A stretch of 61,686 bases of DNA, the filler included. It is 7 parts of 7 records of this genome, joined end to end, with 100 filler letters (N's around TTAATTAATTAA, not from the genome) between each part and the next. Parts side by side here need not be neighbours in the genome. Positions count along the whole stretch, not along the records: positions 1 to 8,658 come from SRR22947725_1142; 6 more parts are not named here. One strand, written 5' to 3'. This document shows positions 1-8,476 of this stretch, in pieces. Each line of letters starts with the position of its first letter. Within the stretch, counting starts at the first letter, position 1. The position numbers were made by a program, and so were the translations under genes. The notes beneath the pieces were generated by a model. It did no database searches and was not told the origin of the DNA. It was given only the letters and a program-made list of their open reading frames with translations.

Positions 1-323
1 TTCTAATATTTAAAGCTGATAATAAAAAAGTAAATTCCGGCGATTTAAAGAAAATCTTTAAAATTAAAATCGATGGAAATGACAACAATGATGAGGAAGT
101 AAAAAAAGATATAAGAATTAAAATTAATTCAGATGATATGTCCGATATAGATATTCAATCGATTTTTGAAGAAATTCAAGCAGAGCTTACTGATGAAGAG
201 TTCAATGAGGTAAGATCAAAATTAGAAGATGCAAGATCTGAATTGGAGAATGCTCTAACTGAAGCATCAGACCAGTTAGATGATGTTGATATTGATATTC
301 AGGTTGAAGTTGAGAATAATTAA
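1..323 (+). CDS. Acidic hypothetical protein, 5'-truncated
   Basis: Frame is open from base 3 (LIFKADNKKV...) through the ORF-track ORF 138..323; very D/E-rich C-terminus; no recognisable motif. Confidence 0.6.
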   Translation, partial: LIFKADNKKVNSGDLKKIFKIKIDGNDNNDEEVKKDIRIKINSDDMSDIDIQSIFEEIQAELTDEEFNEVRSKLEDARSELENALTEASDQLDDVDIDIQVEVENN

Positions 324-324
324 T

Positions 325-1851
325 TTATCCAAATAACTTTCTGACCAAGCGATTTCCCCAAAATATTTTTAAAGCCCCCTTAAGTTGCTCAAATGACTTA
401 TCGGTATATGGGTAAGCTGAAGCTGATTTTTTGCCGATAATAATTGGCATTGCGTGAGCATATCCCAGTAAACCTTCTTTGCCATTAACCACACCTAAGC
501 CACTATTTTTAACGCCACCAAAGGGAACTTCATTAACACCATAACTCATCGCCATATCGTTTACCGAGCAAGCACCCGTTTCTATGGATCGAGCCAGTTT
601 TTGACCCTTAACCAGATCCTTTGTCCAAACATTTCCGTTTAAGCCATAATGAGACTGATTGGCTAATGACAAGGCTTCATCCTCTGAGCTCACCTTCATA
701 ATGCATATGACCGGACCAAAAGTTTCATCCTTCATGATCTTCATCTCATGAGTAACCTCTGTCATTACGGTTGGCTCAAAATATAGACCTTCAAATGCTG
801 GGTTTCTTTTTCCACCAGCAAGAACAGTTGCTCCTTTGGCAATAGCATCATTAACGTGGTCTTCGATAATATCGATTTGCTTATCCCAAAACGTAGGACC
901 AACATCTCCTTTGCAATCATTTGACTGCACTAGGGATTTGGTAATAGAAACAACTTCTGCAACAAATTCATCGTAAATATCTGACATCACATAAATTCTT
1001 TCAGTCCCGCAGCAGTATTGTCCAGCGTTCATAAAGGAGCCAACAACAGCTCCGCTAGCTGCATCCTTTACATCAGCATCTGAACATACAATCATGGCAT
1101 CTTTGCCGCCAAGCTCTAGACTGAAAGGAATTAGCATCTCGCCACACTTTGCTGCAATTTTCTTACCCGTAGCAACGCTGCCTGTAAATGAAACCTTGTC
1201 TGGTCCTTGACTAATGAGCTCAGCGCCAGTTTCACCATCGCCTATTAGAGTCTGGACTAAGTGCATAGGTGCATCTGCCAATGCAAAAATTTCTTGAACC
1301 ATAGCGCCTGACATAGGGGTGACTTCAGAGGGCTTAACAATAACGCTGTTCCCACATAGTATCGCTTGAATGACAGGATTGATTGAAAGGATAAATGGAC
1401 CATTCCATGGAGTAATTACCGCAACAACTCCTCGAGGTTTATAGGTAATAATTGTTTTTTTTAAGAAGCGCATCGGCCCATGCATCTTAATTTTTTTATC
1501 TGAAAGCCATTTTTCTGCTCTTTTGGCATAGAAAACTAGTGAATCAACGGCTGAAAAGACTTCCATCGCCATCGCTTCTTGAACGGGCTTGCCAGTCTCA
1601 CGCATAACAACATCCATGATCCTATCTTGTTGCTGGATAACTACATCTGCAACTCTATGCATTAACTCAACACGTTCTTTTAAGGAGGTTTGTTTCCACT
1701 TAGATTGAGCAATTTTTGCCTGTGTCATGACTTCAGATATTTCATCTGAGTTTGCGCAGTCATAAGTATCAATGTGAGAAAGATCAACGGGACTCTTTAG
1801 AGAAAGCTGCTTACGACCACTCTCTGAGTGAGAAATAGAAAAAATAGCCAT
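325..1851 (-). CDS. NAD(P)-dependent aldehyde dehydrogenase
   Basis: ITPWN, KPSE, FTGS, LELGGK, catalytic Cys in NAGQYC, ETFGP and PFGG motifs. Confidence 0.95.
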   Translation of the reverse strand: MAIFSISHSESGRKQLSLKSPVDLSHIDTYDCANSDEISEVMTQAKIAQSKWKQTSLKERVELMHRVADVVIQQQDRIMDVVMRETGKPVQEAMAMEVFSAVDSLVFYAKRAEKWLSDKKIKMHGPMRFLKKTIITYKPRGVVAVITPWNGPFILSINPVIQAILCGNSVIVKPSEVTPMSGAMVQEIFALADAPMHLVQTLIGDGETGAELISQGPDKVSFTGSVATGKKIAAKCGEMLIPFSLELGGKDAMIVCSDADVKDAASGAVVGSFMNAGQYCCGTERIYVMSDIYDEFVAEVVSITKSLVQSNDCKGDVGPTFWDKQIDIIEDHVNDAIAKGATVLAGGKRNPAFEGLYFEPTVMTEVTHEMKIMKDETFGPVICIMKVSSEDEALSLANQSHYGLNGNVWTKDLVKGQKLARSIETGACSVNDMAMSYGVNEVPFGGVKNSGLGVVNGKEGLLGYAHAMPIIIGKKSASAYPYTDKSFEQLKGALKIFWGNRLVRKLFG

Positions 1852-1853
1852 GA

Positions 1854-2924
1854 TTAAAGCTCCTTGAGTTTTGCTTCCAACATAGGTGTAACGTGATTGT
1901 TAATGTGTGCATTTAAGCCCATTGGCATTATTTCGTAATGCTCAAGCTTTCTAACAACTTTGATCATTATTACAGTGAATTTATACAAAGCTAGAGTATA
2001 AAAATAATCGAAATTATCTGCACTGAAACCTGTTAAAGCTTCCCATTTAGCTATGGTAGCTATAGGTCCTGGGAATCCAGGCAGCCTTTCCGCACCAACT
2101 CCCTTGCTGTTACAGTCATCAATGGCAATGCCCCATGCTAAATCCATGCAAGGATCACCCAAGGATGCCATTTCCCAATCAAGAACTGCAGAGATTTCTC
2201 CGTCAGGTAAGTACATTATATTTGCACATCTAGAGTCACCCCAGATAACAGAAGATTGATTTGATACAGGTTTATTTGCGATCAGCCACTCACGAGCTTG
2301 ATCGGCAACAGGATGCGCTTCTCCTTCCATTGCCCACTCATGAAAATTTAAATAGTAATTAAGCTCTTGATCAAGATAGTTATCACCTAATTCAGGCCTA
2401 TTTAAAAACTCATACTCACCAGTGGAAATATCTACCTGATGAACTTTTGCCATTTCTTCAACCCAGCCCCACCAAATTTTCTCCCGAACCTCTTCGGAGG
2501 AATCTGCAACCCAGCCTTCTTGATGAAAAGGTGGATTATCAGAAGGAGCATCGCCCTCAGCCATCTCCATAACGTAAAACGATGTTCCAAAAACTTCGTC
2601 GCTTTCTTCGTACCACAAGACATTTGGAACTTTAATATTGTGAGCAGACAGCTTTTGCATGATTAGAAATTGTTTATGAATATCGTAATCTGGAAAAACA
2701 AAAAAACCTTCGGGGTAGAACCTTAGAACCATGCCCTTGCTTAACTTTTCATTATCAAGAGAATAAGACACGCGAAAACTTAACGTTTCGTTCGAAAAGC
2801 CAGTATTTTCTGGACCCCCCAAGATTTCTACAGTGATATCTGAGGCAGTTGTAAGTTTTTCTTCCAGCCAGGATTGAAAAATTACTTTGGTCTCTTCTTG
2901 ATTTCTTTCTTGTGGCTTTGGCAT
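1854..2924 (-). CDS. Phosphotransferase, APH/choline-kinase-like (ACAD10/11 N-terminal / LvaA-like) family
   Basis: Brenner-type WGDSRCANIMY, LDWEMASLGDP and FYVME motifs. Confidence 0.85.
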   Translation of the reverse strand: MPKPQERNQEETKVIFQSWLEEKLTTASDITVEILGGPENTGFSNETLSFRVSYSLDNEKLSKGMVLRFYPEGFFVFPDYDIHKQFLIMQKLSAHNIKVPNVLWYEESDEVFGTSFYVMEMAEGDAPSDNPPFHQEGWVADSSEEVREKIWWGWVEEMAKVHQVDISTGEYEFLNRPELGDNYLDQELNYYLNFHEWAMEGEAHPVADQAREWLIANKPVSNQSSVIWGDSRCANIMYLPDGEISAVLDWEMASLGDPCMDLAWGIAIDDCNSKGVGAERLPGFPGPIATIAKWEALTGFSADNFDYFYTLALYKFTVIMIKVVRKLEHYEIMPMGLNAHINNHVTPMLEAKLKEL

Positions 2925-2987
2925 CTTAAAATTTATATGATTTACTACTAACCATAATATATATTTATTTAATTAAAAAGAAATAAT

Positions 2988-4076
2988 ATGACACAAACAT
3001 TTAAGCAAAACTGGAATGAATTTTGTGACGAGCTTAAGTCGATTGGAGATATAGTTTCAAGCCAAGATAATTTAACCAAGACAGATGAGGTTGAGGGGTA
3101 CAGATACCTCACAAGGTTATTAAGATTATCTCTTGAGATGAACATAGAACACTCAAATAAATACCATCCATCTTTTTATAGTTTGTCCCATGAGACAGCA
3201 AAAATTGGTGCGGACAATCCCGACAACATATACCTAAACGCAAATATAGATGGCTCTAGTTCGTATGAAGTATTCGGTAACATTGGTGAAGTTGAGTATC
3301 TTAGTTTTGGGGTTAAAGAAAATAGATATTCAATCGATGGGACCATGAGCTCCTTGGGTGAAATTGATTTGTCTGACATTACTGTGTCTGATGATGGAAA
3401 TTTTAAATTAGTGCTAGGGCAAGATATAAGTGCGAATAATTACTTGCACATGCCCTCTCAAGCGAACATGTTAATAGTTAGGCAGACATACTCTAGAAGA
3501 GTTACACAAAAGCATGCTGAGATAAATATAACTAAACTAGGCAACCCATCAGATCCTGAGCTTTTAACAAATGAAGAGCTTAACAAGCATCTCAAGCAGT
3601 CTCTTGCTTTTGTTAAAGGAACAGCACAAACATTTTTAGGATGGGTCCATGATTTCAAAAAGAATCATAAGAATCAATTGCCTCCTGGGGATCAAGCTTT
3701 TTTTCAGGCTGCTGGAGGGGATCCAAAAATATTTTATCTGCATGGTTACTATGAATTTAATTCTAATGAATATCTTGAAATTAAAACTGACATACCCTCC
3801 TGTGAATTTTGGAACTTTCAGCTTGAAAATTATTGGATGGAATCATTAGATTACAGACATAATCCAATTCATCTAAATTCAGCAACGGCGAAAATGAATC
3901 CCGATAATTCAGCAACCATAATAGTGAGTCACAAAAAACTTGGTATTGAAAACAACCTGATTACAGAGGGAAGAGCTAACGGGGCTATGCTTCTTAGGTG
4001 GATAGGTGCCGATAGCTGCCCTATTCCTGAAGTATCGATTAAGAAATTAACAGATTTGGAGGTGGAGCATGCTTGA
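2988..4076 (+). CDS. DUF1214-like protein (resembles mycobacterial Rv3531c family)
   Basis: EGYRYL, GADNPDNIY, WMESLDY, NPDNSATIIVSH and GAMLLRW segments match my recollection of this family. Confidence 0.75.
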   Translation: MTQTFKQNWNEFCDELKSIGDIVSSQDNLTKTDEVEGYRYLTRLLRLSLEMNIEHSNKYHPSFYSLSHETAKIGADNPDNIYLNANIDGSSSYEVFGNIGEVEYLSFGVKENRYSIDGTMSSLGEIDLSDITVSDDGNFKLVLGQDISANNYLHMPSQANMLIVRQTYSRRVTQKHAEINITKLGNPSDPELLTNEELNKHLKQSLAFVKGTAQTFLGWVHDFKKNHKNQLPPGDQAFFQAAGGDPKIFYLHGYYEFNSNEYLEIKTDIPSCEFWNFQLENYWMESLDYRHNPIHLNSATAKMNPDNSATIIVSHKKLGIENNLITEGRANGAMLLRWIGADSCPIPEVSIKKLTDLEVEHA

Positions 4077-5220
4077 TGCAGTGCAACTACTTGGAGAGGC
4101 TAAGAAAATAACAGGATTAAACTTTCTAGGGAATCCCCTGTTTGAAGAAGGGTTCAATAAGTTAGTTGATTCAATTAACAATGAGGCTGACTTAAATGAG
4201 ATTGGCATTCAAGCTCAGCACCATAGACTCATAGGCGTACTGTCAAATATGCTAAGGATTGAAGATGCCGTGATCAATCATCCTGAAATTTTAAATGAGC
4301 AGATAGTTGCACCAATTGTAATCGTAGGTTTGCCAAGAACAGGCAGTACGATGACTCACAGGTTGCTGGCTGCTGATCCAAGACATACAGCGATGCTTTG
4401 GTGGGAAGGCAGATACCCAGCAATGCTGCCTAATGAAGAGCGAGGCAACCCATCAGAGCGAATGGACCTAGGAAAAGCTGAGGTTGATGCTGTGGTAGCA
4501 GCTTCTCCGGAAGCATTAACCATTCATCCCTGGGACTACAAAGGAGCAGACGAAGAAATCTTGTTGCTGGAACATACATTTTTTAGCACGGTTCCTGAGT
4601 CCTTCATGAGACTGCCTAGTTATTCATCTTGGGTTGAAGATCAAGATCATATTCACGCATACAATCAGTTAAAAATCATGCTCCAGTACCTTCAATGGCA
4701 GAACCCTGGCAGAGAGAAAAAAAGATGGGTTTTAAAATCACCTCATCATCTCGGCTTTATTGATAAGCTGCTGATGGTATTTCCTGACTCAAAAGTTATT
4801 CAGACTCACAGAGACCCACAAAAAACTGTCCCTTCATTTTGTTCTATGTGCGCTAATCTATTTGAACCGCTTACAAATAGCTATGATAAAAATAATATTG
4901 GCTCCCACTGGGCAAATAAATTATCAAAAGTATTAAATCACTGCATGAAGGTAAGCAATGCCAATCCTGACAATTTTTTGAATCTAGATTTTCTTAAGAT
5001 GATTGAAGATCCCATTGCAGAAATGTCGATTGTCTATCAATTTATAGATCAGGATTTTACTGACCAAGCTGAGAATGCTATGACCGCATGGAAAGAAGAG
5101 AACCAGCATGAAATGGGTTCTCACCAATACTCACTGGAAGAATTTGGTCTAGCGCCTACATTCATAGAAACAAATTTTAATGAGTATATAAATCAATACA
5201 TAGATAAGGAGAATTTATGA
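4069..5220 (+). CDS. Sulfotransferase (Sulfotransfer_3 / Rv3529c-like)
   Basis: 5'-PSB loop IVGLPRTGST, WVLKSPHH, 3'-PB motif QTHRDP; overlaps upstream gene by 8 bp. Confidence 0.9.
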   Translation: MLDAVQLLGEAKKITGLNFLGNPLFEEGFNKLVDSINNEADLNEIGIQAQHHRLIGVLSNMLRIEDAVINHPEILNEQIVAPIVIVGLPRTGSTMTHRLLAADPRHTAMLWWEGRYPAMLPNEERGNPSERMDLGKAEVDAVVAASPEALTIHPWDYKGADEEILLLEHTFFSTVPESFMRLPSYSSWVEDQDHIHAYNQLKIMLQYLQWQNPGREKKRWVLKSPHHLGFIDKLLMVFPDSKVIQTHRDPQKTVPSFCSMCANLFEPLTNSYDKNNIGSHWANKLSKVLNHCMKVSNANPDNFLNLDFLKMIEDPIAEMSIVYQFIDQDFTDQAENAMTAWKEENQHEMGSHQYSLEEFGLAPTFIETNFNEYINQYIDKENL

Positions 5221-5990
5221 TTCTAGAAAATAAAGTTGTGATTGTCTCAGGTATTGGGCCAGGTCTAGGTCAAGAATTAGCCTATGGGGCAGCCAGAGAA
5301 GGAGCTAAATTAGTTATAGCTGCAAGATCAACAGAGCTGTTGAATAAGCTTCAAGCAGAGATAACAGAGTCTGGTTCGGAGGTTATTGCTGTTCCTTGTG
5401 ATATTACTAAGCCTGGTGATTGTGAAAACTTAATAAATAAGACAATTGATCAATACGGGAGATTGGATGGACTTTTAAATAGTGCATATAGAGCTGGTGA
5501 CTTTAAAGAAATTTGTGATTCTGATTTTAATGATTGGCAGGAAACAATGAACACTAATTTCTTCGGTACCATGAATTTAACCATGGCAGCTGTTAAAAAA
5601 ATGGAATCAAATGCAGCGATCGTAATGATCAATAGTCTTATTACTAAAAAGCCCTTGCCAACACAAGGTGGTTACGCAGCTTCAAAGGGTGCTTTAGCCA
5701 CAGCAACCAAAATACTTGCAAAAGAACTGGGGCCAAAAGGCATTAGAGTAAATTCTGTGTTTATGGGATGGATGTGGGGGCCTCCAGTTGAGATGTATGT
5801 AAATTATTCAGCTGAAGCTATGGGTGTTTCGCCAGAAACTGTAATAGCTGATGTGACCAAAGATATTCCTCTAGGCTTAATACCTGACGATAGTGACTGT
5901 GCAAACGCAGCTTTGTTTCTAATATCGGATCTTGCTAAGGTAATTACCGGTGCAAGTTTAGATGTTAATGGCGGCGAGTTCATGTCCTGA
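5217..5990 (+). CDS. Short-chain dehydrogenase/reductase (Rv3530c-like)
   Basis: SGIGPGLG Rossmann motif, YAASK catalytic motif, GWMWG and LDVNGGE; ATGA overlap with the sulfotransferase. Confidence 0.92.
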   Translation: MILENKVVIVSGIGPGLGQELAYGAAREGAKLVIAARSTELLNKLQAEITESGSEVIAVPCDITKPGDCENLINKTIDQYGRLDGLLNSAYRAGDFKEICDSDFNDWQETMNTNFFGTMNLTMAAVKKMESNAAIVMINSLITKKPLPTQGGYAASKGALATATKILAKELGPKGIRVNSVFMGWMWGPPVEMYVNYSAEAMGVSPETVIADVTKDIPLGLIPDDSDCANAALFLISDLAKVITGASLDVNGGEFMS

Positions 5991-6074
5991 TGGGTATCGT
6001 GAAAAATATATTCGTCAAGACAAAATGAACTATTTATACTTTTTTTCACTTTAAATTCTATCGATACACTTTAT

Positions 6075-6091
6075 TAGTTAAACTTTAACTA
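6075..6091. promoter_or_regulatory. Perfect 8-1-8 inverted repeat, candidate operator
   Basis: TAGTTAAA-C-TTTAACTA, ending on the A of the amidohydrolase ATG. Confidence 0.3.
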
Positions 6092-6957
6092 TGGGATTTA
6101 ATAAAGATATTTTTACGGTTGATTTAATGCTTGGTATTCCTGAAAAGGAGGATCGATCTGATTGGTATACCTTTATGGAACCGCTTCTCAGAGACGAAGA
6201 GTCAAAGACAATGTTTAAAATGCCTGCCCAATATATGTTTAAAGATATACCTGAAACTGGCTCACATGATGACTTTGTTCAGTATGCTCTTGGGGAAATG
6301 GATAAACATCACATCAATCAAGCCATGGTTGGATTTCATGAACAATCAGAGGTAAAAATTTTAGCTGGTAAAAATCATCCAGACCGTTTTTTCTTTGACT
6401 TGCCAGTTAATCCAAATACTCCAAATGAAGCAGCTAATATTAAGAGAATTTATGAAGAATTTGGAATAAAGGCAGTGAGTGCTTTTCCCTCTGGAATGCA
6501 TCCTCAAGTAGCAATTAATGATGAGAAATGGCATCCCATATATGAAATGTGTGTGGAGTTAGATTTACCATTTTTTTGTTGCGTTGGTGTCCCAGGACCA
6601 AGAATACCGATGGCACCACAAAAAGTTGAGCTCATCGATGAAGTTTGTTGGTATTTCCCTGAGCTAAAATTTGTTATGCGTCATGGCGCTGAACCTTGGA
6701 CGGCTTTAGCTTGTAAATTAATGCTGAAGTATCCGAATCTTTACTATTCAACCAGTGCATTTTCACCGAAGCATTATCCCAAAGACATTGTTAACTTTGC
6801 CAACACAAGAGGCAAAGATAAAATAATGTATGCCGGTTATTTTCCAATGGGCCTAAGCCTTGATAAAATTTTTGCAGAAATGCAAAATGTTCCTTTTAAA
6901 GATGATGTTTGGCCAATGTTTCTTGGTGAGAATGCTAAAAAACTTTTAAAATTATAA
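6091..6957 (+). CDS. Amidohydrolase_2 family protein
   Basis: PIYEMCVELDLP, FPELKFVMRHG.EPW, NLYYSTSA, DKIMY and LGENAKKLLKL TIM-barrel signatures. Confidence 0.85.
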   Translation: MGFNKDIFTVDLMLGIPEKEDRSDWYTFMEPLLRDEESKTMFKMPAQYMFKDIPETGSHDDFVQYALGEMDKHHINQAMVGFHEQSEVKILAGKNHPDRFFFDLPVNPNTPNEAANIKRIYEEFGIKAVSAFPSGMHPQVAINDEKWHPIYEMCVELDLPFFCCVGVPGPRIPMAPQKVELIDEVCWYFPELKFVMRHGAEPWTALACKLMLKYPNLYYSTSAFSPKHYPKDIVNFANTRGKDKIMYAGYFPMGLSLDKIFAEMQNVPFKDDVWPMFLGENAKKLLKL

Positions 6958-6973
6958 AAACTTAGGAAAAATT

Positions 6974-7966
6974 ATGAATGCCACTAAAAGATATCCCATG
7001 CCTCTTCCATTTGGATGGTTTGTAGTTAGTTATGCCAATGAACTTAAAATTGGTGATGTGAAAGCTGTTCGATATTTTGGCCAAGATCAAGTTTTATTTC
7101 GTGGTGAATCAGGCAAAGCTGCAATGTTAGATGCTTATTGTCCCCACCTGGGTGCCCATTTAGGTCATGGTGGATTAGTAAAAAAAGATTGTATTGAATG
7201 TCCATTTCATGCCTGGGAATGGGATGCAAATGGAAAAGTAGCTAATATCCCTTATGCTAAGAATATTCCTCCTAGAGCGAAAGAAGTTAAAATATTTACT
7301 TACCCAACTGTCGAAAAAAATAACCTCGTCTATGCTTGGTACCATCCTAATGGAGATGAGCCATCTTACGAAGTTGAAACTTATCCAGAAATTCTAGACC
7401 CAGAGTGGTCTGACCAGTTTGATTCATATGAATATATTATTGACTGCCATATTCAAGATATGGCTGAAAATGCAGTAGATGCCGCTCATTTTCAATATGT
7501 TCACGGAGTGGTGAGTTACCCTGAATTCGAGGTAACTTATGACAATCAAAAGAGAACCTCTGTCCAAGAAGCTAACATGGAAACTCCGCGAGGCACCATT
7601 AAGGGAAAAATCACTGCCTACTCAAATGGACCTGGAGATAACGCAACTAAATTTGAAGGGATTTGTGACACTTTGCTGCTTGGTTCAACCACTCCTATTG
7701 AAGGAGAAAAATGCATTGTTCGATTCGCATTCCTTCAAAAGAAAATTAATGGTGAAGAGCCGGTTGGTGGCGTAGGCGCAGCAATTATTAAAGACATAAA
7801 TAAGCAAGTCAAAGAGGACATACCTATCTGGGAAAATAAAAAATTTGCTTTAAAGCCAGTACTTTGCGACATGGATGGCCCAATTGCTAAATTTAGAAAG
7901 CAATATGCCACTTTCTATGTAGACTACGATGAAGCTCAAAGCATCGCTGCTTTAAATTTAGATTAA
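6974..7966 (+). CDS. Rieske non-heme iron oxygenase, KshA (3-ketosteroid 9-alpha-hydroxylase) / Neverland-like
   Basis: Rieske CPH...CPFH; mononuclear Fe motif ENAVDAAHFQYVH; C-terminal DIPIWENK...PVLCDMDGPI.KFRK.Y..FY typical of the KshA_C domain. Confidence 0.85.
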   Translation: MNATKRYPMPLPFGWFVVSYANELKIGDVKAVRYFGQDQVLFRGESGKAAMLDAYCPHLGAHLGHGGLVKKDCIECPFHAWEWDANGKVANIPYAKNIPPRAKEVKIFTYPTVEKNNLVYAWYHPNGDEPSYEVETYPEILDPEWSDQFDSYEYIIDCHIQDMAENAVDAAHFQYVHGVVSYPEFEVTYDNQKRTSVQEANMETPRGTIKGKITAYSNGPGDNATKFEGICDTLLLGSTTPIEGEKCIVRFAFLQKKINGEEPVGGVGAAIIKDINKQVKEDIPIWENKKFALKPVLCDMDGPIAKFRKQYATFYVDYDEAQSIAALNLD

Positions 7967-8439
7967 TCTAAAGGGCCAAGTATTTTAAGAAGATCAGCCT
8001 CTAGGCTTATCTCAGGCATCTCGACTATTCTTCCAATTTCCTTCTGATTTCTTAGAAAGACAAAAGTTGGTGTTTTTCTAATTTGAAAGCTTTTTCCTCT
8101 GTCTAGAGGTTCATTTTTTAAATAATTAAGACCAATTAAATGAATATAATTTTCTTGAATATTTAAGGTATTAAGAAGTTGTAGAAGTCGAGGAACCTCT
8201 CTCTGACTATCATGACACCAAGTGCCAAAAAGAACATAGATTTCTATATCGCGAAATAATGCTGGATCCAACAAGTTTCCAGGTTGGTATTCCTCATAAT
8301 TATCCTGAAAACCTTCGTGGTTCTCAAATAAGGTTTTAATTGAAATATCGCCAACAGCATAAGGGTTCATTGGATAGGTTTCTGATGCACAGCTATAGGT
8401 AAATAAAGATAAAAAAAATAATTGATAGATTTTCTTCAT
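7963..8439 (-). CDS. Thioredoxin-fold lipoprotein with CxxS motif
   Basis: Lipobox-like FTYSC after hydrophobic signal; GTWCHDS; cis-Pro TPTF; EIGRIVE. Confidence 0.8.
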   Translation of the reverse strand: MKKIYQLFFLSLFTYSCASETYPMNPYAVGDISIKTLFENHEGFQDNYEEYQPGNLLDPALFRDIEIYVLFGTWCHDSQREVPRLLQLLNTLNIQENYIHLIGLNYLKNEPLDRGKSFQIRKTPTFVFLRNQKEIGRIVEMPEISLEADLLKILGPLD

Positions 8440-8476
8440 GCGGCTGCCAAGATTATAAAAATATAGGAACTGTTAA

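Noticed and set aside
1854-2924. Aminoglycoside resistance gene
   Set aside because: Motifs and catabolic context fit the metabolic ACAD10/11-LvaA-like branch; no mobile-element context
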